A stretch of 57,555 nt of DNA from a virus (IMGVR_UViG_3300025723_001287:1-57555); one strand, 5' to 3'. Positions 38,330 to 48,667 are shown, counted from the first letter of the stretch. Made by a program: numbers and translations. The notes: generated by a model from the letters alone, not told the origin.

Positions 38330-39481
38330 CGCATTAAATAAATTCTGTTCTAGGTTTACAAACCAGCTACTAGGTGCATTAAGCGGCACAATAAACAATA
38401 ATCCACTTCCGCCTTCGTTCCACAAACCTGCACTTAGTCCATGTTTATAAAGTAATCTTTCAAATATTTCTTCTAACGGTTTGTCCTGCAAGAGCTCAAG
38501 ATTAAACACTAGCCCGTGATTATTATATCCTTTGATAAGGCCAGCATCGACTAATCTGTTAGCCACAGCTTTAGTGCAGTCTACTAGCCTACTATGATCA
38601 TCAAATATATGTTCTTTTTCTATCACATCTAAGTACGCTAGAGTACTATAAATTCCACTTAGACTAAAACTATAACTAAATCCATGCGGCCAAAAATTAT
38701 CTTTCATCTTGTCATAGATTTTTTTGTTTGCTAGGGTAGCACTTAGTGGAAAATATCCTCCTGATAATCCTTTACCCATAGTAAAAACATCTGGCTGGAC
38801 TACACCTTGCCATCCAAAGAATGTACCCGTCTTCCCACCGCACATTGCGATGTCATCAACAATAAGAACTATATTCTTATCGGTACAAGTCTTACGCAGA
38901 CTGTCCCAGAAATCTTTACCAGGATTATACAAACCATTTTGCCAACTGGCTGTTTCTATAACTACAGCACATAGGTCATCTGTAATCATATCTAAATTAT
39001 AGTCACTAACAACACAACGCGGATCTTTGCCAAACATGCTAGTCATATAAGTTGCATCGCTGACGCTAGAACTCATATAAGTACTTCCGTGATAGCTTTT
39101 CTTAAAACCAAGAAACTTATTCCTATTGTTATACATCTGTGCTAGGCGTAATGCACCTTCTATTGCATCGCTTCCGCTAAGAGCAAACATAGTACGATAG
39201 CCGCCACTCATTGTGTATAATTTTTCACCTAACTTAATCACTGCTTTGTTAGTAGCAAAAAATTCTCCACTAGTAAATGGGTGATGTTCCATTTGCTTGT
39301 GTACTGTACTAACTATATCGCTTCTCTGGAATCCAATTGGAAAACACCCGCAACTTCCTAAACTTAAATCCATTAAAACGTTGCCGTCATCTACAAAGCC
39401 ATACTCGGTGTATTCGGATATAACTCTAAGAGCTTGACGACTATTTTGTGCGTATGGAAAAATTAATTTTGAATCAATCAT
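38291..39481 (-). CDS. Class III PLP-dependent aminotransferase
   Basis: SGSDAIEGAL, SYHGST, LIVDDIAMCGGKTG, MGKGLSGGYFPLSA. Confidence 0.9.
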   Translation of the reverse strand: MIDSKLIFPYAQNSRQALRVISEYTEYGFVDDGNVLMDLSLGSCGCFPIGFQRSDIVSTVHKQMEHHPFTSGEFFATNKAVIKLGEKLYTMSGGYRTMFALSGSDAIEGALRLAQMYNNRNKFLGFKKSYHGSTYMSSSVSDATYMTSMFGKDPRCVVSDYNLDMITDDLCAVVIETASWQNGLYNPGKDFWDSLRKTCTDKNIVLIVDDIAMCGGKTGTFFGWQGVVQPDVFTMGKGLSGGYFPLSATLANKKIYDKMKDNFWPHGFSYSFSLSGIYSTLAYLDVIEKEHIFDDHSRLVDCTKAVANRLVDAGLIKGYNNHGLVFNLELLQDKPLEEIFERLLYKHGLSAGLWNEGGSGLLFIVPLNAPSSWFVNLEQNLFNALTDYRSSLAVTD

Positions 39482-40124
39482 AACTTAGTGAAAGTGAAAT
39501 TCTTTTCTTGTTTGCTTGTATGTTTTCAACACTGTGTATCTTACTAACATCTATATAGTGCCATCTATTTGGTTCAATTAATACTGAGTTTACAACTTCA
39601 ATCCTATCGTATGTAAAAATAGTTTGAGGATATGCAGTCAAATGTTCGTAACCTTTTGCATTTTTATAAAAGTTAGTAGTAGCACCAGCGGTTTCTATTA
39701 CATAATTATATACATAATTTCGTGCTTCGTCTATATGCGGAGTAACACTAGCACCGCCATGCATTACTTGAATAGTAACTAATACTGGTATAGGTGTAAT
39801 ATTGTTATTAACCCATTCGGTTATCATATCACTTACTGGTAAAAAATCAAAAGTTGCAAGATTTTGAAAATGCTCGTGTGCTGTATTCATAGGAAATCCT
39901 AAAGAATCTTCTTTATCAGAATACACGCCTTTAAGTTTTTCCAGTAGTTTTTCATTGACTGCATTTAATTGTAAAGAAGGATCTGTTGTAACTTTTCCTG
40001 CAATATATTTAAATACTTCTTCAGAAGTATGATGATTATCGATAGGATTTTCTATTAGTCGATATATTTCTGCTACTATATCGTCTGAAAGTTTTGGTAA
40101 GTGGTCTTCGTATCTAAAATTCAT
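39474..40124 (-). CDS. 2OG-Fe(II)/cupin-type oxygenase-like protein
   Basis: PHIDEAR...IHSVEN...RISLS. Confidence 0.6.
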   Translation of the reverse strand: MNFRYEDHLPKLSDDIVAEIYRLIENPIDNHHTSEEVFKYIAGKVTTDPSLQLNAVNEKLLEKLKGVYSDKEDSLGFPMNTAHEHFQNLATFDFLPVSDMITEWVNNNITPIPVLVTIQVMHGGASVTPHIDEARNYVYNYVIETAGATTNFYKNAKGYEHLTAYPQTIFTYDRIEVVNSVLIEPNRWHYIDVSKIHSVENIQANKKRISLSLSYD

Positions 40125-41578
40125 TTTGTGAAATATCCGTTTAATACAATGTTTTTATTAGTTTTAAAACTATCCATTTTGGAAATTTGAATATTTTGCC
40201 AGCTATTTGATATTTCCTTTCCGTTTAAATGTTTACGAGCAGTATCTTTATCAATAAAGCCCATGCCAGCTAACACTTGATTCCATGCCTGATATCCTAT
40301 GCTATTTGCAGTATTAGGTACATCGTCTTTGTTAAGCAAACGATACTTTGAAATATTAATAATATTTTTAACAAAATCTGTGGCGATATCATTGTTAGAA
40401 ACATATTCCCAAAATAACGAATCTGTTTTGCCGCCCTGGTAATGTAAGATAATATAATCTTTTATTTCATCATATAGCTCACGTATTTCTTTATTATATT
40501 TGTCTTGCTCATTATTAGCAAAACATTCAACAAATTTTTTAATCTGGATAATAGTTGCGTGTATACTTGTTGCTTCTAAAGGTTCTATAAATGCACTAGC
40601 AAGACCTAAACTTAAACAATTTTTAGTCCAGGCATTATCTAATCTGCCAGCTTCAAATTTAATTTGTTTGATAGGATCAATTTTACGATTTAGTTTAGTT
40701 TCAAGTTCTTGGTGTGCTTGATCAAAAGATAAAAATTGATCACAAAATACATAACCGCATCCAAACCTATGTGCTGTTGGGATTTCCCAAACCCATCCGC
40801 TACTCATTGTGTAGGAACGAGAGAATGGTTCAGGCCAAACTGGAGGTTCATATGGCAATAGAAATGGCAACGCAGAATTCATTAGTAGGTGTTTTTTATA
40901 ACTGACCCACTTTGCACCGACTGCGTTCATTAATACTCGATTAAATCCGGAACAATCAATAAAAAAATCTCCGTCGATAGTTATATCGTTAGATAACTTT
41001 AATGAAGATATGTTTCCTGTTGGGTCGAGATTTACACTTGATACTGTGGAGTCAACAACAGCGCCTCCCATTGCAAGTACTTTCTTTTTAAAAAAATTAC
41101 CTACTTTATGTCCGTTGAAATGATAGCTGATTCCCGGCGTGTCTGCAATGCCGGTTTCATCTTGTTTTAATACAGAACGTTGGTTGTTGATAAACATTCC
41201 TAAAGGCGTAATTTTATGTATGGGTTCACCTTGTAATATCTGCCAAGCTAACCTATCACTAACGTCGCTATTGTAGGATGCATTTAGATCTAACGGATTA
41301 AAATAATGTGTGCCGTTTGGAATCCAGTTTTCATGTTTAAAACCTAATTTAAAAGTTGCCTCAGTTTCAATCATAAATTCTTTAAAATCAATATCGATAT
41401 CTTTATTATTAATAAATCCACCAAGTATATGTGTACCGCCTTCTCCTACGCCGATGATTCCTAAGTCACTACTTTCTATAACTGTGATATTATAATTTGG
41501 ATTCTTTTTTAAAATATAAAAGGCAGCTAACCAACCTGCTGTACCTCCTCCTACAATTATTATGTTATCGTTTGACAT
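40121..41578 (-). CDS. Flavin-dependent (tryptophan halogenase family) protein
   Basis: GGGTAGW, IGVGEG, ATFKLG (catalytic-type Lys), FIDCSGF, GWVWEIP, FIEPLEATSI. Confidence 0.9.
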   Translation of the reverse strand: MSNDNIIIVGGGTAGWLAAFYILKKNPNYNITVIESSDLGIIGVGEGGTHILGGFINNKDIDIDFKEFMIETEATFKLGFKHENWIPNGTHYFNPLDLNASYNSDVSDRLAWQILQGEPIHKITPLGMFINNQRSVLKQDETGIADTPGISYHFNGHKVGNFFKKKVLAMGGAVVDSTVSSVNLDPTGNISSLKLSNDITIDGDFFIDCSGFNRVLMNAVGAKWVSYKKHLLMNSALPFLLPYEPPVWPEPFSRSYTMSSGWVWEIPTAHRFGCGYVFCDQFLSFDQAHQELETKLNRKIDPIKQIKFEAGRLDNAWTKNCLSLGLASAFIEPLEATSIHATIIQIKKFVECFANNEQDKYNKEIRELYDEIKDYIILHYQGGKTDSLFWEYVSNNDIATDFVKNIINISKYRLLNKDDVPNTANSIGYQAWNQVLAGMGFIDKDTARKHLNGKEISNSWQNIQISKMDSFKTNKNIVLNGYFTK

Positions 41579-43016
41579 TAGGTAACCACCAATCTGATTG
41601 TTTTTCAATACAATCATCTAACGATTTATAATCTAAAGACTTTGTTAAAATTTTATTATACCAGGAATTATATCTCGATTGCATTCCATCGGATATTTTG
41701 ATATTATCATAATTGAATTTATTTAATCCTGCTAATACTTGATTCCACGCTCTGTAACTTAAATTATTAAGTTTATTAGGAATATCATCTGCTGTTAAAA
41801 ATCTATGTTGTGCAATTTCTAAAATGTTGTTAACTTTATCGGTAGCAATATTTGAATTACAATATTTCCAAAAATCAGAATTGTTCTTATTTCCAAGGTA
41901 GTGTAATACAATAAAATCTTTAATTTCATCGTATAATTCTATAATGTTTTTATTATATAAATTCGAGTTTGTGTTACCTTGAATTATCATTTTACCCAGC
42001 TCATCAATTTGAATTTTAGTTGCATGAATACTTGTAGCCTCAAGTGGTTCAACAAATGCACTGGCTAGTCCTAACGCAACACAATTCTTATTCCAAATTT
42101 TTTCCAATCTGCCAGCTTCAAATTTAATTGTTCTAATTGGATTAATTTTTCCGTAATACTTATAAGTATCTTCTAATTCCTTAACAGCATTTTCATACGA
42201 GATAAATTTATCCGAGTATACATATCCCATGCCTTGACGGTATCGTGTCGGAATATTCCATGTCCAACCTGAACTCAATGCAGATGCTTTTGTTAACGGA
42301 ATCACATCATGCCAATCTAGACTAAATGGAATGGCAGTGTTTACTAATAAGCTATCTGCATACGATATCCATTTAGTTTCTAATGCAGACATTAAGATTT
42401 TTTGAAAACCTGTGCAATCTATAAACAAATCTGCTGTTTCAAATTGTCCGTTGTCTAATCTAAGTTTTTCAATTTGCCCATTAGTATCTAATATTACTTC
42501 TGTAACTACTGAATCTATAATATTAACAACATCGGAGCATTTATTTTTAAAAAATAATCCTACTTTTCTGCCATCAAAATGAAAACTCCAATCACTAGTA
42601 TCCCAGATCCCAGTTTCGTCCGATTTAATAGGAACTACCCTATGTTCTATAAGAATTCCTAATTCCGAAACTAAATGTAACGGTTTTTTGTTTAACATTA
42701 ATAAAGGTAAGAAATCCTCATTTTCGCAATTAGGCAATAAGTCTAACGGCAGGTAATATGTAGAAGGCCATCCTATATGCTGTACTCCTAACTTAGGAGT
42801 AGCATCAGTAGCTTCCATAAATTCTCTAGTATCTGAAAATCCAAATTCATTCAAAGTGTTTATTATTGTGCCCAGCACATGCGTACTACCTTCTCCTACA
42901 CCGATTATATCAATTTTACTAGATTCAATTACGGTAACATTTTGTTTGTAAATCTTACTCAGCATAAAGGCAGCTAACCAACCAGCAGTACCTCCGCCTA
43001 CAATTACTATATTCAT
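41565..43016 (-). CDS. Flavin-dependent (tryptophan halogenase family) protein
   Basis: GGGTAGW, ATPKLG, FIDCTGF, GWTWNIP, FVEPLEATSI. Confidence 0.9.
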   Translation of the reverse strand: MNIVIVGGGTAGWLAAFMLSKIYKQNVTVIESSKIDIIGVGEGSTHVLGTIINTLNEFGFSDTREFMEATDATPKLGVQHIGWPSTYYLPLDLLPNCENEDFLPLLMLNKKPLHLVSELGILIEHRVVPIKSDETGIWDTSDWSFHFDGRKVGLFFKNKCSDVVNIIDSVVTEVILDTNGQIEKLRLDNGQFETADLFIDCTGFQKILMSALETKWISYADSLLVNTAIPFSLDWHDVIPLTKASALSSGWTWNIPTRYRQGMGYVYSDKFISYENAVKELEDTYKYYGKINPIRTIKFEAGRLEKIWNKNCVALGLASAFVEPLEATSIHATKIQIDELGKMIIQGNTNSNLYNKNIIELYDEIKDFIVLHYLGNKNNSDFWKYCNSNIATDKVNNILEIAQHRFLTADDIPNKLNNLSYRAWNQVLAGLNKFNYDNIKISDGMQSRYNSWYNKILTKSLDYKSLDDCIEKQSDWWLPNVKR

Positions 43017-43651
43017 AGTATTTTCCTCAAGTACGTACTGATAGGATAATCACCAGTACACCCAATATTAAACGCAACAACATAACGATTCTCAGTCGTA
43101 TGATTTGTTTCTGTAAAATGTCGTAGCCATCCGGGGAAAATTATAATATCTCCAGTCTCAACATCAACTATTTCTTGAATACCACCATTTATATCATTAG
43201 GGCCAGTCCAGTTATGAGGTTGAGTTCCAACTACTAAATTGTTTGGGTTTTCAAATATTATATTGCCCATACCGTTCTCTAATTTAAGATACAATACCCC
43301 TACTAATGGGTAAGGTGAATGATTATGAGGTTGAGTACTGATTCCCCCAGGTAAAGTTTCGTTGAGCCACATCTCGCTTATAAATGGTTTTAATTCAGGG
43401 TAGTAGTTAAATTCCTTCCAACAATTATTGACTATACTGTTGATATCTTTTACAATATTTGCTAATAACGGTATGTGATGTAATTGGTTGTTTGTATTAA
43501 ATGTTGAAACAGTTCCAGGGCCAAGATCCCTGTGTTTTGCTTCTTTGGAGGCAAGCTCTTCTTTTACCAAAGGTAATAAATCTTGAAGAATTGCATCAAC
43601 TCCTATAAGTTTAGTTCTATAGATTTTTATAGGGAATAAGTCTGTAAACAT
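43013..43651 (-). CDS. 2OG-Fe(II) oxygenase (TIGR02466-like)
   Basis: MWLN...PHNH...GVLY...FPGWLRH...RYVVAFN. Confidence 0.8.
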   Translation of the reverse strand: MFTDLFPIKIYRTKLIGVDAILQDLLPLVKEELASKEAKHRDLGPGTVSTFNTNNQLHHIPLLANIVKDINSIVNNCWKEFNYYPELKPFISEMWLNETLPGGISTQPHNHSPYPLVGVLYLKLENGMGNIIFENPNNLVVGTQPHNWTGPNDINGGIQEIVDVETGDIIIFPGWLRHFTETNHTTENRYVVAFNIGCTGDYPISTYLRKIL

Positions 43652-43656
43652 GTTTT

Positions 43657-43686
43657 TATTTAGTGCAGGATTTTAATCTATAAATA
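43657..43686. promoter_or_regulatory. Divergent late-like promoters
   Basis: Minus strand TAAATA-AAAAC-ATG; plus strand TATAAATA-AAAT-ATG. Confidence 0.6.
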
Positions 43687-43690
43687 AAAT

Positions 43691-44314
43691 ATGAAACGAA
43701 TATCTAAAAGTGATTTTGAATACAGTGCTGAATTTGCTCAAGCATACACAGAATATAATTTTGGTGAGAGTTACCAATTTTTTGTAGACTCCTTATTAGA
43801 GCATCATGATTTAAAATCAGGTAGTTTAGTTGATTTATGTTGTGGCACTGGAGAAATTACATCGTTATTAAAACATCAACTACCTAATCTTACAATAACA
43901 GGATATGATAGTTCTCCTGGTATGATCGCACAAGCGTTGAAGAATGGAGCCAATGTAAAATATATATGTGACAATATTGAAAATATTAACGACAAATTTG
44001 ATATAATTATTAGCAACAATGCTTATCATCATTTTGATGATATTGATAAATTTTGGAATACAGTTTCTCGATTAAGTAACCCAACATCAAAAATATTTGT
44101 GTCGGATATTGTTCGTCCTACAATAGAGGATGATGTTGAAAGAATTGTTTCGGAAGTGTTAGGCAGTAACACTGAAATAGGATACGTTTTTTCTTTATCT
44201 CTAAAAGCATCCTATACTAAAGATGAACTACAAGAGCATATTAAGGGCAATTTTAATTTAAAAATTATTCAAACACCGATTGAAGGATTAGAAATTTTCT
44301 GTATCCATAACTAA
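43691..44314 (+). CDS. Class I SAM-dependent methyltransferase
   Basis: VDLCCGTG, GYDSSPGM, FDIIISNNAYHH. Confidence 0.85.
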   Translation: MKRISKSDFEYSAEFAQAYTEYNFGESYQFFVDSLLEHHDLKSGSLVDLCCGTGEITSLLKHQLPNLTITGYDSSPGMIAQALKNGANVKYICDNIENINDKFDIIISNNAYHHFDDIDKFWNTVSRLSNPTSKIFVSDIVRPTIEDDVERIVSEVLGSNTEIGYVFSLSLKASYTKDELQEHIKGNFNLKIIQTPIEGLEIFCIHN

Positions 44315-44881
44315 TTTATAAATGTCCGGAAGTGGATTACCCGGCCATTCGATGTAGTCTTTGAATGCACGTTCAACTAATAGTTTCATATCTAGCATAC
44401 CATTAACTTCGAGATCATCTACAACTTTTGCTCTTTTAGGATTTAATATAGGTCTATAAAAATCCATAGCTATTGGCTGTTCTGAGTAATCGCTCGAACT
44501 ATAAAAGGCATAAGCGTGGATCTTATTATTCTTATCAGTGTAAAAATATTTAGGATAGAAGCTAGGCTTATATATTTTTTCAGTTTTTAAATCTCTAGTA
44601 ATCTGTGTTAATTGCTCTATATAGTTATCTGGTAATTCTGATTCGCAAGTGTTGTCATACCACTTAAATGCAATTTGTCTAGTATGCGGATTTACTTCAA
44701 GCAACTCAGGAGCCCAATCATATCCTATTAATTTAAAAACATATCTTTTTTCTCTTTCAAAACTGCTTGTAATTAAGTCTTGGGAGTATCTTAGATTAGT
44801 AACATTAAAATCCATCACTGCTACATTATCTTTTATAATTAAATCAAATACTCCGTGATTAGTAACTGTCAAGATGATCAA
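44288..44881 (-). CDS. Protein-kinase-like fold protein (atypical)
   Basis: FEREKRY...WAPELL...KPSFYP; similar to 45686..46372. Confidence 0.4.
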   Translation of the reverse strand: MIILTVTNHGVFDLIIKDNVAVMDFNVTNLRYSQDLITSSFEREKRYVFKLIGYDWAPELLEVNPHTRQIAFKWYDNTCESELPDNYIEQLTQITRDLKTEKIYKPSFYPKYFYTDKNNKIHAYAFYSSSDYSEQPIAMDFYRPILNPKRAKVVDDLEVNGMLDMKLLVERAFKDYIEWPGNPLPDIYKLVMDTENF

Positions 44882-45662
44882 CCCCTAGAGTCTTGCGAAA
44901 TTCTTTTGTAAATTTTCCGTCAATACGCAAACTATAACTCTGTTCCATAATGCGTTCGCCACCATGCCAGTCCTGATCATTCCACCAAGCGGCACGAGTG
45001 TTTAAGTATGTCTTGTTCTTAGTCTCTGGATCCCACAAGTAGAATGCTTTCTTTGTGTTAGGACGAATGTGTATAAACTCATTGCGATGAGGGAACGTTT
45101 GATTCATACCGTTCTTAGCATCTAAGTCTCTATGTTCGAACGGAATACCATCTGCTTCGCAGTGAAAGAATATAACACGGCCAATGTCTTCGAACACAGT
45201 GCCTACTAGACCTTCGACCCACTTAACTACATTAGGAAAGTATTCTGCTTCTGGTGTTAGTTTTCGTGATGCAGTGCGATCATCCCACGAGCCCTCTTCC
45301 CACAAATAATAATAGATGTAAGGATCGTAAGCACCCATTGCCATTTTTAAATAACGTGTAAACTTATTACGTTGTTGAAAATCTTTGAAGTTGCTAGGCA
45401 TTAAATCCATGCCATTTAATTTTATAGGATCGCTATCGGGCAATGCTAGAAATTCTTCTATAGCTTGATAGATAGGTTTCCAGCTTACCCGATAACTCAT
45501 TTGATCAAATGTAAATCCAGGAGCCATCCAAGTTCCTTCTTTGGCAAATTCTCGTGCTAGAGCAAATCCCTTGTATATTTCAGGTTGAAGGTTATCGAAT
45601 GTTTTCATGTCTAAATATGAATCCATACTATAATAGGGTTTGCCGTTTATTCCAATGAGCAT
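44859..45662 (-). CDS. 2OG-Fe(II)/cupin-type oxygenase-like protein
   Basis: GRV..F...EHRD...NDQDWHGG...YSLRIDG. Confidence 0.55.
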   Translation of the reverse strand: MLIGINGKPYYSMDSYLDMKTFDNLQPEIYKGFALAREFAKEGTWMAPGFTFDQMSYRVSWKPIYQAIEEFLALPDSDPIKLNGMDLMPSNFKDFQQRNKFTRYLKMAMGAYDPYIYYYLWEEGSWDDRTASRKLTPEAEYFPNVVKWVEGLVGTVFEDIGRVIFFHCEADGIPFEHRDLDAKNGMNQTFPHRNEFIHIRPNTKKAFYLWDPETKNKTYLNTRAAWWNDQDWHGGERIMEQSYSLRIDGKFTKEFRKTLGVDHLDSY

Positions 45663-45685
45663 AATTTTAAAAGATAATTAGTTAT

Positions 45686-46372
45686 ATGAGCTACGAATAC
45701 TATTACAACAATGTTCCCGGTGAAGGTCTGTCTCGTAACAATCTTATTTACACTAGTTTGATCAGCACTGATAAAAAAGTCTTTGTACAGTGGTATCAAA
45801 ATGACACAGAATATCATCAAGGCAAAAACCAAGTAGTCGACCCTGCCAAAATGGAAGAAAAGTGGCTACGTGAAGTTAACTATCTAACTCAAATGCGTAA
45901 CGCATATCCAGACTTAATTCCAAAAATTATTAAGATTGACCTTGATGCTCGCAAGTTATTTTTAGAAATTGACGGGCCTGACTTTTGGGAACGGGCAGGA
46001 TGCAATATGGATAACTACGATTCAGTTGTGCCGGATTGGCAAGACCAAATGATCAACATTATTAAAGCTCATAAGAGTTTAGGGTTTCACAAGTATAGCA
46101 TGCATCCTAGTAGTTATTTTGTTGTCAATGGAAAATTAAAAAGCATTAATTATTTTTTTACCTACAGAGATAACGAGCCTAATATAAGCATAGCAGATGT
46201 GGAAAGTCACATACACCATAACAGACAAAAAGAAATACGTAAACATACAGAATCATTAGGCATAGATTGGAATGAACCACAATCTTGGGATACTATGGAT
46301 AAATTATGTTGGGCCAGTTTTAGTACAAATTATCCAAAAGATTTTATAGAGCGTGTCAAATGTATAGAATAA
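45686..46372 (+). CDS. Protein-kinase-like fold protein (atypical)
   Basis: WLREVNYL...IPKIIKID...AHKSLGFHKYSMHPSSY..V.GKLKSINY resembles degenerate kinase subdomains. Confidence 0.45.
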   Translation: MSYEYYYNNVPGEGLSRNNLIYTSLISTDKKVFVQWYQNDTEYHQGKNQVVDPAKMEEKWLREVNYLTQMRNAYPDLIPKIIKIDLDARKLFLEIDGPDFWERAGCNMDNYDSVVPDWQDQMINIIKAHKSLGFHKYSMHPSSYFVVNGKLKSINYFFTYRDNEPNISIADVESHIHHNRQKEIRKHTESLGIDWNEPQSWDTMDKLCWASFSTNYPKDFIERVKCIE

Positions 46373-46905
46373 CACCGTGGTCTCCTGATCTAAATTTAGA
46401 TGAGTTTTACGCTGAGGCTACTCGCAAGGGGTTTGTTAATAATGCAAATCAACAGGCTATGGTTGATTGTTTTAAAAATGAAAAAGAATGGGGCATGTGG
46501 ATTCTTTACTACAACAACATAGCCGTAGGGAGTGTTGGCGCACATAGTATAGAAGAAGGCTATCGCATTTGTGCTAGAACTTGTGTCTTATCTAATCTAC
46601 TTCCGTTAAATACACTACGCACTAGAAATCAAATAGTTACACATCAACATATTACAGCGCAATATCTTATGCCAACATGCATTGAATGGGTAGCTGGAAG
46701 AGGAGATATGTACATTACTAGCCATGCTGGAAAAATTGGTAATCAACGATTGGTTCATAATGTGTGGGGTCCTAGTTTAGAAAAAACAGGCGTACTATCA
46801 AGATCGTTTGAAAAGAATTATAGAGGACATTTACAAACATTTTGGAAATTGAACGTAGATGTATTTTTACAGCAATTAAAGGAAAATAAAAAATGGGTGG
46901 ATTAG
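46360..46905 (+). CDS. GNAT-like acyltransferase
   Basis: WILYYNNIAVGSVGAH...YRICART fold-like pattern. Confidence 0.4.
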   Translation: MYRITPWSPDLNLDEFYAEATRKGFVNNANQQAMVDCFKNEKEWGMWILYYNNIAVGSVGAHSIEEGYRICARTCVLSNLLPLNTLRTRNQIVTHQHITAQYLMPTCIEWVAGRGDMYITSHAGKIGNQRLVHNVWGPSLEKTGVLSRSFEKNYRGHLQTFWKLNVDVFLQQLKENKKWVD

Positions 46906-47990
46906 GGGAAACAACATCAGTATGCGAGCATTGTTTTAGACATGTTCCAGCTATGGTAGTAGAAAAAAATGGAAGCATCTGGATTGAAAAAACTTGCCCG
47001 GAACATGGCTTTTCGTCATACATGATAGAACGTGATGCAGAATTTTACCATGACCTTAAATATGATTTATCTAACCCAGAGTACAGAGCGCCGGATGGGT
47101 GCATGGTTGAAATCACTGATCGTTGTAATTTAAAATGTCCGCATTGTTATCATGAGCCAGATAATAAGGTAACTGACAAACCTATCGATCTTATACTTGC
47201 TCAAATTAATTCATTTCCTACTGATATCGGCGCTGTAATACTCGCAGGGGCTGAACCTACACTTCGGAAAGATTTGCATATTTTACTTCCTGAAATAAGA
47301 AAACTTCTTGACAGCACTGGTAAATCACATCAACATATATCTATGATTAGTAATGGTGTTAAATTTTCTGATTTAGATTTTACATCTAGTATTACAGAAG
47401 CTGGCCTAGATTATCCAGCAATAGGTTTAAATCATCATACCTATCAAGGAATGAAGGTACATAAAAAACAATTACAAGGGATTAAAAATTTAGTTGCAGT
47501 AGGTAGCCCTATGTATTACATAGGTTATACATTGGAAGATGTAAATCATTTCTCTGATGCCTTAGAGGAAATACAAAATTTTGGTAGCGATGCACTACAA
47601 TATCGAATACGAGCAGGAAGTGAGATTGGTAGGAATCCAGACGAACCAAGATGGTTTTTAAGTGACCATGTGAAATTAGTAAAAGAGTATGTTGATAAAA
47701 AAGGGTGGAGTTGGGAGAAAATTCCTGGAGATGATAATATCTATCATTACATGGTTAAAATTAATGGGCTAACACATCGACTTATTCAATGGTGTGATGT
47801 TAAATCTATTGATCTAAATGAATTAAGAACAGGCCCTTGGTGTGATTTTGTTCCAGGGAAACCTATTAGTAATTTTTTACATCAGGTAATTTTAAGAGAC
47901 GCTTATGTAAATAAAGGTCTGCCATTATGGGATACTGTTCCAGAAAAATATAAATTTAGATCAAGGTCGGATATTATTGCAAATCCCTAA
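46893..47990 (+). CDS. Radical SAM protein, MJ0619/Tes-like architecture
   Basis: TTSVCEHC...KTCPEHG N-terminal metal site; EITDRCNLKCPHCY; AGAEPTLRKDL. Confidence 0.8.
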   Translation: MGGLGETTSVCEHCFRHVPAMVVEKNGSIWIEKTCPEHGFSSYMIERDAEFYHDLKYDLSNPEYRAPDGCMVEITDRCNLKCPHCYHEPDNKVTDKPIDLILAQINSFPTDIGAVILAGAEPTLRKDLHILLPEIRKLLDSTGKSHQHISMISNGVKFSDLDFTSSITEAGLDYPAIGLNHHTYQGMKVHKKQLQGIKNLVAVGSPMYYIGYTLEDVNHFSDALEEIQNFGSDALQYRIRAGSEIGRNPDEPRWFLSDHVKLVKEYVDKKGWSWEKIPGDDNIYHYMVKINGLTHRLIQWCDVKSIDLNELRTGPWCDFVPGKPISNFLHQVILRDAYVNKGLPLWDTVPEKYKFRSRSDIIANP

Positions 47991-48639
47991 GTATTAAATT
48001 TGCCAAGGCAACGTGAGCATCTATGCCGTAATGATAGTGAGGCAATTGTTTAAACCCGTTGGCCTTGCACCAATCTAAATAATTTCCGTAGCCTTCAAAT
48101 TTAAACACATTATCTACATTAGGAATGTTCTCAGGAAATAATGGTATATGTCTGTAAGTTACTGCATGATTTGAACAGATGTTATCTACGCAAAACATAA
48201 GTTCTTCAAGATTGTTCCTCGGGTGTAAATTTGTTATATAAGCATCATTAATTGGGCTAGTGAATACACTATTCCATTGTACGCCTAACTGTAAAAAGTT
48301 ATCACTGTCACATCCTAGGCCGCCCGGCGGATAATACATTTCCGATCTATCAGTACTGGTATAACTAAACAGCACTAGACTATGTGGATGTGTTTGCACT
48401 GCTTGAATAAGAAGTCTAAGACTTCGCGGATTACTTCCGCCACTCATAGCGTAGTTATAGCAAGGAACATTTAAATGTTCTGCTACAAGTTTTGGAAATG
48501 CCAGCTCTTTACCAGAAGCATCTGCTTGCTCAATAGTAATGCTACCAGACAAGTAATCTTCTAAACTGTATTTGTTTGCTAACTCACACCCTGCTACGTG
48601 ACTATCGCCAAATGCTAAAACGGATTCGAAATGTTTCAT
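47974..48639 (-). CDS. SGNH-like protein
   Basis: AFGDSHVAG, NYAMSGGSN, HYHYGIDAH. Confidence 0.65.
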   Translation of the reverse strand: MKHFESVLAFGDSHVAGCELANKYSLEDYLSGSITIEQADASGKELAFPKLVAEHLNVPCYNYAMSGGSNPRSLRLLIQAVQTHPHSLVLFSYTSTDRSEMYYPPGGLGCDSDNFLQLGVQWNSVFTSPINDAYITNLHPRNNLEELMFCVDNICSNHAVTYRHIPLFPENIPNVDNVFKFEGYGNYLDWCKANGFKQLPHYHYGIDAHVALANLILRDLQ

Positions 48640-48667
48640 GTAGTTTGTATATGCTTAAATATATGCT

